A DNA stretch of 64,000 nucleotides from Polyangium mundeleinium (GTDB lineage: Bacteria > Myxococcota_A > Polyangia > Polyangiales > Polyangiaceae): positions 2,035,711-2,099,710 of the forward strand of contig NZ_JAQNDO010000001.1 in the NCBI RefSeq assembly GCF_028369105.1, in the 5' to 3' direction. This document shows, piece by piece, positions 51,890-61,544 of this stretch. The notes beneath the pieces were generated by a model, which was not told where the DNA came from, searched no databases, and saw only the letters and a program-made list of their open reading frames with translations. Numbering within the stretch: position 1 is the stretch's first letter; each line of letters opens with the position of its first letter. The position numbers and the translations under genes are program-made.

Positions 51890-54800
51890 TCAAGGGGCAA
51901 TGCCCCGGGTCGGGTCAAGGGCGGAAGCCCTTGTGGGGTGAAGGGGCAACGCCCCTTCGCTCTCGGTCGAGAGCGGCAGCTCGACGCAGAAGGTCGAGCC
52001 CCGGCCGATCTCGCTCGACACACGAATTCGGCCGCCGTGCGCCTCGACGATGGTGCGCGTGATGTAGAGGCCGAGCCCGAGCCCCCCGTAATGCTGCGAC
52101 GAGACGCCGCGTCGAAATCGTTCGAAGAGCTGCGCCTGCACCTCGGCCGGGATCCCGATCCCGCGGTCCGTCACCGAGAGCCGTGCGACCCGATCTTCTC
52201 CGGTGATGGTGATGTCGATCGGCTGGCGTTCCCCGAACTTGATCGCGTTGGTGAGGAGGTTGGTCACGACCTGCTCCAGGCGGTGCGGGTCCCACCGGCC
52301 GATGACCGGCTGCTCCGCGCGCACGGCAATCGCGCTGCCTGACCGCGCGATCTGATCGCCGAGGTGGGCGACGACCTCGTCGACGAGCGCGCGCAGCTCG
52401 ACGGGCGCTGGGTACAGCTCGAGCCTCCCCGCCTGGATCCGGGAAACGTCGAGGAGCATATCGATGAGGTCGGCGAGGCGCTTGACCTGGCGGTCAGAGA
52501 GGGCGACCGCGGATCGCACGCGCTCGACGTCCATGCCCCGCGCGAGCCTTTGCCCCAGCGATTGAATGGCGAGCTGCAGGCTGGTGAGCGGGGTGCGGAG
52601 CTCGTGCGAGGCGATCGAAAGGAACTCGTCCCGTAGCTGCACGGCCTCCTCCGCTGCCGTGCGCGCGCGCCGCTCGTCCAGGAGGAGCTGATCGCGCTGC
52701 TGCTCGGCGCGCACGCGCGCGGTGATGTCGCGGAAGCTCCAGACCCGCCCGACCACGCGCCCGCCGAGGCGCTGGGGCTGCGAATAACGCTCGAAGATGC
52801 GCCCGTCCGCGAACGGGATGACATCGAAGCTGGACTTCTCGGGCGAGGCATAGAGAGCGCGGATCCTTTGCAGGAACGTCTCGGGATCGAGGAGCTGGTC
52901 GCAGACGAACGTACGGAACGTGTCGTCCGACCCGGTGGAGAGGATCTCGTCCGGGATGCGCCACATCGCCGCGAACCTGTGATTCTGACGCACGACGCGC
53001 TGCTCGTCGTCGACGACGAGGATGCCGTCCGCCGTCGATTCGAGCGTGGCCTCGAGGAGCGAGTAGGAATGGCGGAGCACCTCCTCGGCGCGCCGTCGCT
53101 CCGCGTTCTCCTGCTGCAAATCCGCATAGAGGCGCGCATTCTCGATGGAGTTGGCCGCCTGGGCCGAGAGATGCCGGATCACCTCGACGCGATCGGGGGT
53201 GAAAGCAGAGCGGGTGAGGTCGTTGTCGAGATAGATCACGCCGGCGAGGCGGCCCTTGTAGACGAGGGGCGCGGCGAGCGAGGAGCACGGCGCACCGCCG
53301 GCGAAGCAGGGATCGCGCCCGAACGGCCCGTCGATCGCGAGGTCGTCGAGCAGGACGGTCTCGCGCGTCCGCGCCACGTACGTGACGACGCTGGCCGGCA
53401 GGTCCTTGCGGTCCTCGAGGGGCGCCGCGCCAAGCACGTGGACGGCCGCCTCGCCGATGCGGTGCTCGGCCTCGACGACGAGCCGTCCGTCACGCAGCAG
53501 CAGCAGGACGCCGCGCCGCGCGCCGGCATTCTCGACCAGGATGCGCATGAGCGCGTCGAGCAGGCGCTCGAGGACGATCTCGCCCGAGATGGCCTGGGAG
53601 GCCTTGAGCACCGAGCCGAGGTCGAGCGCGGTGCTGGCGGGCGCAGCGGCCTCCGGGCCCATCGCGCCGCGAAGGATCTCGCTGGGGACGAGGTCGGGGT
53701 ACGCGCGTTCGAGGCGCCGCATCGCCTCGGTCGCGCCCCAGCGGCCGTACGCCCGGTGCGCCTTGGTCAGGTAGGCGCAGGCGACGGTGGTCTTGCCGAG
53801 AGCGCGGAAGGACAGGCCGGCGAGCTCGTTGGCGAGCGCCTCGTCGTGGAGGTAGCCGCCGCGCTGCGCGAGGGCGATCGCCTCGTCGTAGCGCTCCCAC
53901 GCGGCGTGCGCGTCGCCGCGGACGCGCGCGAGCTCGGCGTCGAGCAGGGCGCTGCGGTGCGCCAGGTTCTCCGGGCAGAGGTCCGCCCAGCGCGAGAGTT
54001 TTTTAGCGAAGATCTCCGCGCGGGCGAGGAAGAGCACGCGCTCGTCGGGGGAGACCACGTCCGCCGCCTGCGTGAGCGCGACGCCGGCGTAGACATGGAA
54101 CGCAGCGGCGCCCTGCCAGGACACCACGGTCGGGATCTCGATGTTCAGCGAGAGCGCGGTGCGCGCCGCTTCCTCGAACGCGCCCTGGAAGACGCCGAGG
54201 AGCACGACGTAGAACTGCGCGAGGGAAGTCGAGACCAGGTTGTCCATCCGGCGGGACTCCTCGATCACCTCGTCGATGTCGACCCATGCGCCCTTGAGCT
54301 TGGCCGGGCGCGCGGTCTCGACCGAGAGCTGGTGCGCCAACTGTCCGATCGCGTCGACTATCCAGGTGATGGTGTCGAACTCGTCGAGCTTGCATATCGG
54401 CTGGTAACTCTGCGCCTCGGCGAGGAGGTCGGAGAGCGGCAGGCCGCGCAGGAGGCTGTTCGTGATGGCGTTGACTGTGTTGTAGAACGCCCAGATGTAC
54501 TGGCCCGTCTCGAGCCCGGCGTGCATCCCCGCGAGCAGCGACTTCTGGCAGGCGGGGTAGCCCTCTCTCCAGTGCTGTACGTGGCCGCCCCACAAGTGCC
54601 GGAGCATCGCCTCGGATTTCTTGTCCGGGTGGCGCTCCGAAAGGTCGATGGCAGCGCGGCCAAAGCGGTAGCCGAGCTCGACGTCGCCGCGGGCGCAGAG
54701 GGACGTCCCGAAGGTGATGCAGCCGTAGATCGCGTGCTTCGACAGGCCGTGGCGCAGCGTGTTCTCGAGGATCTTCGCGACCATGATGGTGAGGTTGTTG

Positions 54801-57502
54801 GGGCTCAAGAACCAGCCGGGAGCAAAGAGCTCCTGGAGCACGTCCTGCATGGCGCGGATCTCCGGGTCCACGAGCGGCGGCAGGCCTGGGAGCGCATCGA
54901 GCGTCTTTTCCCGGACGAGATCCATCGTCGCCTGGACTTGGGCGTTGACCATGGATTCGTCGGGGAACGGGGGCAGGTCGAGCCCGAACGGGCGCAGGGC
55001 CGCGAGTCCCTCCGCGAGCGCGGCGGGCAGGTCGTTCTTGAGCACCTGCACGTTCATCTTGAGCCGCAGCACCTCGGTGCGATCGAGCCGGCTCGCGGTC
55101 CGCTCCAGGCTGTCGGAGAGGACCGCGAGGGCGTCGTCGTGCCGGCCGCAGAGCGAGAGCATGAGGCCGGTCTTCTTCGCGTACTCGAGGCGGAGCGGGT
55201 ACTGCGACGTCCAGGCATCCTCGGGAAGGCGCAGGAGGCCGAGCTTCAGGTAGCGCAGGGCGGCGCCGAAGGCGGCCGCGTCCTCGGCGCGGCAGGCGGC
55301 CTCGAGGCTCATGCGGGCGATGCGCAGGCGCTCCGCGGGGTCCGACACGAGGTCGCCCGCGTTGTTCAGGTGGCCGACGACGTCGAAGAGGTTCTGGTTC
55401 TCGGAGAGGTCCAGCTTGCCCGCGAGCAGCCGGCCGATCCGGAGGTGGAAGGCGGGCCGGTCCGCCTCCGGGATCATCGCATAGGCGCCCTCCTGGACCT
55501 TGTCATGAGCGAAGCGGTAGCCCTCGCGGCGGGCGATCACGAGCCCCTCGCTGACGGCGGGATCGAGGCGACCGTACGCGTCTTCCGGCGAGCACTCGCT
55601 CACCGTGGCGAGCACGTCGAGCTCGAACCGGTTGCCGATCGCCGCGGCGAGCTTCAGGGCCGCCTGGGTCGTCGCGGGTAGCCGCGCGATGGTGCGCACC
55701 ATGAGGTCGACGACGTTGTCCGTGTACGCGAGCGCATCGATCTTGGCGAGGTCCCAGCGCCATCCCGACCCGGCTGCGAACGTGAGCACGCCGTGGTCGT
55801 GCAGCGACCGGACGAACTCCTTGACGAAGAACGGGTTGCCGCCGGTCTTCTTCAGCACCGCATCGGCGAACGGCCCGCAGTCGTCGCGCTTGAGGCTGTC
55901 CGAGAGCATCTCGAGCAGGTGCGGGCGCGCGAGCGGGGCGAGGACGATGTCGCGCACGACGAGCCCGGCGTGCTCGAGCTCCTCGATGGCCAGGACGAAC
56001 GGGTGCCCGGGCGAGACCTCGTTGTCGCGGTAAGCGCCGCAGAAGAAGAGCGCCTCGAGCGAGTCGTCGGCGAGGAGCGCCCGGAGCAGCCCGAGGCTCG
56101 CGGGGTCGATCCACTGCAGATCGTCGAGGAACAGGACGAGCGGGTGCGCGTGCCGCGCGAACACCGAGACGAAGAGCAAGAAGCACCGGTTCAGGCGGTT
56201 CTGCGCCTCGACGGGCCCGAGCTCGGGGACGGGCGGCTGCGCGCCGAGCACGTGGGATAACGAGGGGATGACGTCGCAGATCACCTGCCCGTTCGGGCCG
56301 AGCACGTCGAGGAGCAACCGCCGCCACGCCTCGCTCCGCGCCTCGCTCTCGGTGAGGATCTGCCGCACGAGGCCGTCGAACGCCTGGATCACCGCGCTGT
56401 AGGGCGTGTCGCGGTTGTACTGGTCGTATTTGCCGCTCGTGAAATAGCCCTTCTGCCGCGCGAGCGGCTTCAGGATCTCGTGAACGAGCGAGGATTTGCC
56501 GATGCCCGAGTAGCCGGAGACGAGGACGATCTCGCGGCTCCCCGCGAGCGCGCGCTCGAACGCGGCGGTGAGCGCCTCGATGTCATGCTCGCGGCCGTAG
56601 AGCTTCTGGTGGATCCGGAAGAGGTCCTGACGATCGCGCTGGCCCACGACGAAGGGCTCGATCGTCCCCGTGCCGCGCAGGGCCTCACGGCAGCGCTCGA
56701 GGTCGGCGAGCAGGCCCTCGGCGCTCTGGTAGCGGTCCTCGGCGTTTTTCGCGAGCAGCTTGAGCACGACGTCGGAGACGGCCTCGGGGATCGTCGGATC
56801 GACGCGGGACGGCGGCGCGGGCGCGAGGGCGAGGTGCGCGTGGATGAGCTCCATCGGGTCCAGGACCTCGAAGGGGCGCTGACCCGTGAGCATCTGGTAA
56901 AGGATGACGCCGAGCGCATAAAGGTCGGTCCGGTAGTCGACGCCGCGGTTCATGCGGCCGGTCTGCTCGGGGGAGATGTAGGGCAGCACGTCGGCGATCA
57001 CCGCCGGCTCGTAGAGCCGCTCGTGCGCGCGGGTGATCTCGGCGTCGACGCCGAAGTTCTTGATCTTGACCGCGCCGTGCGCGCCGACGAGCACGTTTTG
57101 CGGGCGCAGGTCGCGGTGGACGAGCCCCGCCGCGTGCACCACGGCGAGGCCTTCGGCGAGCGCGGCCGCGAGATCGAGCGCATCGACGACGGGCATTCTG
57201 CGTGACGGACGCGCGGCGAGGATCCGCGCGAGATCGCGGCCCGGGAAGTCCTCGAGGACGACGATCAAGGAGCCCGCGAGCTCCTCGACGCCGCGCAGCG
57301 CGACGAGGCGGGGCGAGGCGATGCGCGCGATGCGCTCGTACTGGTGCTTGAAGCGCGCGACCTCGGCGCGCGTCGATCCTTCCGCGCGGAGGATTTTCAG
57401 CAAAACCGGGACGCCGTCGCCCTCGCGGTACGCGCGGTACAGGCTAAAATCGGCGCTTTCCTCGATCTTCTCCCGGAGCGCGTAGCCTCTCCCGACGACC
57501 AT
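51890..57502 (-). CDS. 1870-aa multidomain sensor: Ser/Thr-kinase-like domain (atypical motifs) - AAA/STAND NTPase - TPR - GAF - PAS - HisKA - HATPase_c
   Basis: HRDLRPQNVLV catalytic loop but NFG instead of DFG and a degenerate Gly loop; Walker A LVSGYSGIGKSSLV; FLSIASHELRTPL (H-box); ITITGEDRVARLSVTDRGIGIP...GGLGLGL (N/G1/G2 boxes). Confidence 0.9.
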   Translation of the reverse strand: MVVGRGYALREKIEESADFSLYRAYREGDGVPVLLKILRAEGSTRAEVARFKHQYERIARIASPRLVALRGVEELAGSLIVVLEDFPGRDLARILAARPSRRMPVVDALDLAAALAEGLAVVHAAGLVHRDLRPQNVLVGAHGAVKIKNFGVDAEITRAHERLYEPAVIADVLPYISPEQTGRMNRGVDYRTDLYALGVILYQMLTGQRPFEVLDPMELIHAHLALAPAPPSRVDPTIPEAVSDVVLKLLAKNAEDRYQSAEGLLADLERCREALRGTGTIEPFVVGQRDRQDLFRIHQKLYGREHDIEALTAAFERALAGSREIVLVSGYSGIGKSSLVHEILKPLARQKGYFTSGKYDQYNRDTPYSAVIQAFDGLVRQILTESEARSEAWRRLLLDVLGPNGQVICDVIPSLSHVLGAQPPVPELGPVEAQNRLNRCFLLFVSVFARHAHPLVLFLDDLQWIDPASLGLLRALLADDSLEALFFCGAYRDNEVSPGHPFVLAIEELEHAGLVVRDIVLAPLARPHLLEMLSDSLKRDDCGPFADAVLKKTGGNPFFVKEFVRSLHDHGVLTFAAGSGWRWDLAKIDALAYTDNVVDLMVRTIARLPATTQAALKLAAAIGNRFELDVLATVSECSPEDAYGRLDPAVSEGLVIARREGYRFAHDKVQEGAYAMIPEADRPAFHLRIGRLLAGKLDLSENQNLFDVVGHLNNAGDLVSDPAERLRIARMSLEAACRAEDAAAFGAALRYLKLGLLRLPEDAWTSQYPLRLEYAKKTGLMLSLCGRHDDALAVLSDSLERTASRLDRTEVLRLKMNVQVLKNDLPAALAEGLAALRPFGLDLPPFPDESMVNAQVQATMDLVREKTLDALPGLPPLVDPEIRAMQDVLQELFAPGWFLSPNNLTIMVAKILENTLRHGLSKHAIYGCITFGTSLCARGDVELGYRFGRAAIDLSERHPDKKSEAMLRHLWGGHVQHWREGYPACQKSLLAGMHAGLETGQYIWAFYNTVNAITNSLLRGLPLSDLLAEAQSYQPICKLDEFDTITWIVDAIGQLAHQLSVETARPAKLKGAWVDIDEVIEESRRMDNLVSTSLAQFYVVLLGVFQGAFEEAARTALSLNIEIPTVVSWQGAAAFHVYAGVALTQAADVVSPDERVLFLARAEIFAKKLSRWADLCPENLAHRSALLDAELARVRGDAHAAWERYDEAIALAQRGGYLHDEALANELAGLSFRALGKTTVACAYLTKAHRAYGRWGATEAMRRLERAYPDLVPSEILRGAMGPEAAAPASTALDLGSVLKASQAISGEIVLERLLDALMRILVENAGARRGVLLLLRDGRLVVEAEHRIGEAAVHVLGAAPLEDRKDLPASVVTYVARTRETVLLDDLAIDGPFGRDPCFAGGAPCSSLAAPLVYKGRLAGVIYLDNDLTRSAFTPDRVEVIRHLSAQAANSIENARLYADLQQENAERRRAEEVLRHSYSLLEATLESTADGILVVDDEQRVVRQNHRFAAMWRIPDEILSTGSDDTFRTFVCDQLLDPETFLQRIRALYASPEKSSFDVIPFADGRIFERYSQPQRLGGRVVGRVWSFRDITARVRAEQQRDQLLLDERRARTAAEEAVQLRDEFLSIASHELRTPLTSLQLAIQSLGQRLARGMDVERVRSAVALSDRQVKRLADLIDMLLDVSRIQAGRLELYPAPVELRALVDEVVAHLGDQIARSGSAIAVRAEQPVIGRWDPHRLEQVVTNLLTNAIKFGERQPIDITITGEDRVARLSVTDRGIGIPAEVQAQLFERFRRGVSSQHYGGLGLGLYITRTIVEAHGGRIRVSSEIGRGSTFCVELPLSTESEGALPLHPTRASALDPTRGIAP

Positions 57503-57571
57503 TGAAGACCTTGCTCACTCGCCCGTGCAAGGCGGCGCATATGACAAGCTACTTATATGCCGAAGGGTGAG

Positions 57572-57654
57572 CAAGTTCGGGGAACGCCAGCCGATAGACA
57601 TCACCATCACCGGAGAAGATCGGGTCGCACGGCTCTCGGTGACGGACCGCGGGA
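57572..57654 (+). repeat. 83-bp inverted copy (1 mismatch) of kinase-gene-internal segment 52167..52249, located 70 nt upstream of the kinase start codon
   Basis: caagttcggggaacgccagccgatAgacatcaccatcaccggagaagatcgggtcgcacggctctcggtgacggaccgcggga equals the reverse complement of 52167..52249 except A/C at one position; followed by the (GCGGRA)n element 57649..57680. Confidence 0.9.
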
Positions 57655-58099
57655 GCGGAGGCGGGCGCGGGAGCGGGAGGGGAAGCCCGCCCCGGTCGTC
57701 CTGCCAGGTGCTTATAGCGTGACGTCGGAGAGTCGCGACATCGATGCTTACAAGGGGAAGCGAACCGCTCTCCCGCTCGATCTCGGCGAGATATGAGCAA
57801 CTCGAAGCCGGCGATATCGATTTCGGCGGCGTACATGTCTCCTTGTGGCGACGGGGGGCGGATGGTGACCGTGATGGTGCGGGGAGCGCGTCCGTCCGCA
57901 GGGGTCCATTGCAGCTTCTGGATTTGCATGGGCGAGGTCATTGCTTGGCGCAGTCCCGGGGACACCGAAGGTCCGCGTGTGGCGCGTCCGGGGCTCGATG
58001 CAAATGGGCACGTTCGAGGCGCGATGGGCCTCGCGCCCCGAAAGCCCTCATCTCTCCTTGCCACCCAGCGGCTCCTGAGGAACCCTGCGAGGCTCGCAG

Positions 58100-59398
58100 A
58101 TGAAGATCACAACGGTCATGAACGGCGTCCGCTGCTCGAGCCGGCGAGCCTCGCATCCACAGCGGTTCGCGGCGCTCGCATGTGCTGCCTTGGTCGTCAG
58201 TTGCACGCAAGCACCGCCGCAAGCACCGCCGCAAGCACCGCCGCAGGCGCGACAGGAGGTGGTGTCTCCCTCCCCCGCCACCGCTGCGGCACCGCCGCCC
58301 CCTGTCGCCGAGGTTCAGGTCGATGGTCCGCGCATTCGCGTCGCCTTGAAGGAAATTCGCGTCGACGATGCGGCCGTACCTTGGGACCCCGCGCTCCTTC
58401 GAGACCGGCTCCAGAAGATCGATCCCCTCTTCGAGGCGCTGCGCGAGCTTCGCAAGCCCGGAATCGACCGGCTTGCTTCCGGCGAATGCGTCTTCGAGGT
58501 CGAGCCCGACGTCCCCTTCACGGCCGCGGCCAGCGCCATCATGACGAGCGCGTTTGCAGGCTGCCCAGTGGCATGGGTGTCGACCGGCTCGGGGTGGCTG
58601 AAGTTGCGGACGCCCCTTCCGCTGCCTCCCGGCACGCCGCTCCCGGCGCCCGAAAGCAGAGTTCCCTCGCGCCGGCAGAGCGCGCTGCACATCGGCCCGA
58701 CGGAGCTCGAGCTCACGGTCTTCGCGGTCGTGCCGCCCGCCTCCGGCGCGGGCCGCGAGCAGCTCGAAAAAGTCGTGCATCGGACGGTCGAGCGTGGGAC
58801 GTCGGCGGCCCGCGAGCTCGGCAGCGCGCTCGTCGGGGCTTGCCAGCAGGCTCCGCGTCCCTGTCCAGCAGGCCTGTGGTTGACCGCGGATGCGGACGTG
58901 CTTTTCAGCGAGGCCGCGCGCGCTCTCGGGGCGATCGTCGACGTGCAGAAGGCAGCTCCCGCCGCTGGTGGTGGGGCAGCGGAGGTCTTGGTGAGCTTTC
59001 GGTCCCGTGGCACCGGGCCTATCGATCAGCTCCCTCCTGCCATTCGGCTCGGAAGCCTCCAGGTATCCGGCCGTCTCCCACCGGGGGAGATCCAGCGCAT
59101 CGCTCGGAGCAACTTCGGCACATTCCGGGCCTGCTACGAGGAGGGGTTGAAGCGGAATCCCAACCTGGAAGGGCGCATCGGTGTGCGTTTCGTGATCGGA
59201 AAGGACGGTCGCGTGACGAAAGCCGGTGCGGTCCCGGACCCAACCGCGGAGTTCGCGACCGAGAGATCGGAGCCGCTGCTGCCAGACGAAAAGGTCGTCG
59301 CGTGCGTCGTCGGGGCGTTCGAGAAGCTCGTTTTTCCTGCGCCGGAGGGGGGGATCGTGACCGTGGTGTATCCCATCCAATTCTCTCCGGGAAGCTGA
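58100..59398 (+). CDS. lipoprotein with (APPQ)n linker and a C-terminal ~100-aa domain that I believe resembles the AgmX/PglI-type (Myxococcales) C-terminal domain, recalled from memory
   Basis: Lipobox LVVSC; C-terminus ...FGTFRACYEEGL...GRIGVRFVIGKDGRV...VVACVVGAFEKLVFPAPEGGIVTVVYPIQFSP. The alternative start is MNGVRC at 58118. Confidence 0.7.
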   Translation: MKITTVMNGVRCSSRRASHPQRFAALACAALVVSCTQAPPQAPPQAPPQARQEVVSPSPATAAAPPPPVAEVQVDGPRIRVALKEIRVDDAAVPWDPALLRDRLQKIDPLFEALRELRKPGIDRLASGECVFEVEPDVPFTAAASAIMTSAFAGCPVAWVSTGSGWLKLRTPLPLPPGTPLPAPESRVPSRRQSALHIGPTELELTVFAVVPPASGAGREQLEKVVHRTVERGTSAARELGSALVGACQQAPRPCPAGLWLTADADVLFSEAARALGAIVDVQKAAPAAGGGAAEVLVSFRSRGTGPIDQLPPAIRLGSLQVSGRLPPGEIQRIARSNFGTFRACYEEGLKRNPNLEGRIGVRFVIGKDGRVTKAGAVPDPTAEFATERSEPLLPDEKVVACVVGAFEKLVFPAPEGGIVTVVYPIQFSPGS

Positions 59399-59451
59399 GC
59401 GGGCAAAGGCCCGTCGAACGCGTGCTTCCCGCCCAGGGCGAGCGTGATCGT

Positions 59452-60195
59452 TCAGGGGCCGGAGCTGGGGAGGGCGAGCGCGTCTTCGAGAGCCCGGCAC
59501 GCATGCAGGTTCCAGACGAACCACATCATCGAGCCGCCCGTTTGGACCACGTCCCACACGGCGACGGATTTGCCGAGCACCTCGTTGTGCTCGCCGCCGA
59601 GGCAGGTCTTTTCCTTGGGTTTGGGCACATCATCGAGCTTCGTGCGGTCCGCGCCCCAGGCTTCGAAGGTCGTGGCGTCGGCGCAGCGGTGTTTCTCCCG
59701 GCACAGGGCGATGGCCCGCTCCGTGGCCTGGTAGGTCCATGCCTCGGTGCTGTAGAACGGCACGCACTCGATGATGCGTTCGAGCTTCTGCGCGATTTCG
59801 TCGGGCGAGTGTTTCCCGGCGAGGACCTGCGCGACACGCGTGCGGACCTCGCGATCAAACTGCGCAGGGGTCTTCGCCTCGGCTCTGCGGGACCACGTCG
59901 TGTCCGTGTCGCCGTCATAGTGGAAGACGACGAAGCCGCCGGGCTCGGCGATTTTCCGGGCGATGTAATGCCAGAGGTCTCGCTTTTTACGCTCGTCTTT
60001 GGCCTTCGTGCTCCGCCATTGATTCGCGATCAGGACGGGCCGGATGTCGTCATCGACGGGGACGAGCTCGACGCGGGGCGTGTACCCATTCTCCTCGAAC
60101 CGGTTCAGCAACTTCTGAACAATGGCCCGGAGGCCACGCCATGTAGGCTCGCTCGAATCCTCCGAGAGCAGCGCGATGGAGAAGCGCGGCCTCAC
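59452..60195 (-). CDS. Toprim-like (DUF4276/DUF4435-like) partner protein, GTG start overlapping the ATPase stop (GTGA)
   Basis: VRPRFSIALLSEDSSE (strand-1 Glu) ... FVVFHYDGDTD (DxD); 247 aa; the upstream 138 aa of the listed ORF are Pro/Arg junk antisense to nothing credible. Confidence 0.6.
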   Translation of the reverse strand: MRPRFSIALLSEDSSEPTWRGLRAIVQKLLNRFEENGYTPRVELVPVDDDIRPVLIANQWRSTKAKDERKKRDLWHYIARKIAEPGGFVVFHYDGDTDTTWSRRAEAKTPAQFDREVRTRVAQVLAGKHSPDEIAQKLERIIECVPFYSTEAWTYQATERAIALCREKHRCADATTFEAWGADRTKLDDVPKPKEKTCLGGEHNEVLGKSVAVWDVVQTGGSMMWFVWNLHACRALEDALALPSSGP

Positions 60196-61424
60196 CAGAG
60201 GCCCTCGGTGCGGAGCACCTCGCTGACGTGCTGGATGCCGGTCTGGTAGGCGACGTAGAAGCGCTCGGCTTCCTCCTCGTTGAAATTGCGCCAGACCATC
60301 TGCTCGCGCCCGTCGGGGCCGAGGGCCGTGGTGCACCGGATGAAGGTGGTGCGGACGGCTTCGGCGGATTCGATGGGGATGTGGTCGAGGAGGAAAGGGT
60401 GTTGCGTCGCGAGGAAGCTCTGGCGGTCTTGCATGCGGTCGAAGCAGAGCTCGATCCATTCGTGGTGCAGGCCGTTGAGGAGTTCGTCGATGACGAGCGG
60501 GAGATCCTGCCGGACGGCGAGGTACCACAGGAAGCAGAAGAGCCGCTTCTGACCGAAGCTCAGGAGCTGGTGGGAAACCTGAGAGCCGTCTGCACGGCGG
60601 AACAGGCAATCGAAGCCCTGATAGATCGTCCCAGCCTGCGATTGCTGGAGCATTCGCAGGTATAGCTCGGCGGAAGCGAAGCCGAGCGCGGTTGGAATCC
60701 GCGAAAGCACGCCGAGCTCATCGAAGGGAATGCACAGCGGTTCAGGCGATTTGGGCTTGTGTGATGCAATGTTCACGAAGCCTTTGGGTAGCCATTCGCC
60801 GAATTCAATCCGGGGCCCGTGCACTTTGAAGGAAGCTTGCGTGATGACATCCAAAGTAGCGACAGCCTCATCGAGCCGGTCAACACGTCCCCAGACGTTG
60901 AATGTTTCAAAAATGACATCCCAAACTTGGGAGGGGAGGCTGTCGATTATGTCGGGAATGCTCAACATGGCGACGAGCACCCGCATACCCGCCCGGCCCC
61001 CCGCCCTCCCCTCGAAAGTCTTCGCGGACCCCTTCGCAGGCGTCCAGGTTACTCGCGTGCCGGTGACCTCGGCGCATCCGATCGTAGTGCCCGCGTCACG
61101 AACAGTCATCGTCCAGGCATCGTCGAACTCTGCCTCCTCGCCGAATAGCGGTGCGAGGCCCCTGGGTTTGGCTGGAGTACGAATCGCCCGCATCTCGAGC
61201 TGTGTATCGCCCTCCTCCAGCCACCACGTCAGATCGAACCCCGCATCCTCCTTCGCGAATCCCGACAGGTCATCATTCGTGACCGCGGCGATCACATCGA
61301 GCAGCGTCGACTTGCCCGTCGCGTTTTTCCCGAGCAGGACGTTGAACGTGGGGCCGAAGCGGAGATCCGTCCCGGGCTTGACGTTGCGGAATCGGTCGAT
61401 CCGGAGCCGCGTGAGCCGCACCAT
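60192..61424 (-). CDS. ABC-type AAA_21-like ATPase (RecF/OLD/AriA-like)
   Basis: MVRLTRLRIDRFRNV...VLLGKNATGKSTLLDVI (Walker A); LSFGQKRL (signature-like); LPLVIDELLNGLH (Walker B/H). ATG 61424; the listed ORF continues 5' into the repeat array. Confidence 0.8.
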   Translation of the reverse strand: MVRLTRLRIDRFRNVKPGTDLRFGPTFNVLLGKNATGKSTLLDVIAAVTNDDLSGFAKEDAGFDLTWWLEEGDTQLEMRAIRTPAKPRGLAPLFGEEAEFDDAWTMTVRDAGTTIGCAEVTGTRVTWTPAKGSAKTFEGRAGGRAGMRVLVAMLSIPDIIDSLPSQVWDVIFETFNVWGRVDRLDEAVATLDVITQASFKVHGPRIEFGEWLPKGFVNIASHKPKSPEPLCIPFDELGVLSRIPTALGFASAELYLRMLQQSQAGTIYQGFDCLFRRADGSQVSHQLLSFGQKRLFCFLWYLAVRQDLPLVIDELLNGLHHEWIELCFDRMQDRQSFLATQHPFLLDHIPIESAEAVRTTFIRCTTALGPDGREQMVWRNFNEEEAERFYVAYQTGIQHVSEVLRTEGLW

Positions 61425-61544
61425 GCGGGTCTTCTTACCGTCGCCCACCCCGGATGCATAGGGCCAAAGCCGGCCGCCCCGTCGCCCACGCAAGCGCACC
61501 CCTCTGCCCCATGAGCCCACCTCCTTGCTCGCAGAAGGGAGCAC

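Noticed and set aside
57525-57722. 65-aa ORF containing KFGERQPIDITITGEDRVARLSVTDRG as a small histidine-kinase-like gene.
   Set aside because: It is the inverted 83-bp copy of the internal kinase segment; the flanking residues are junk or GS-repeat derived.
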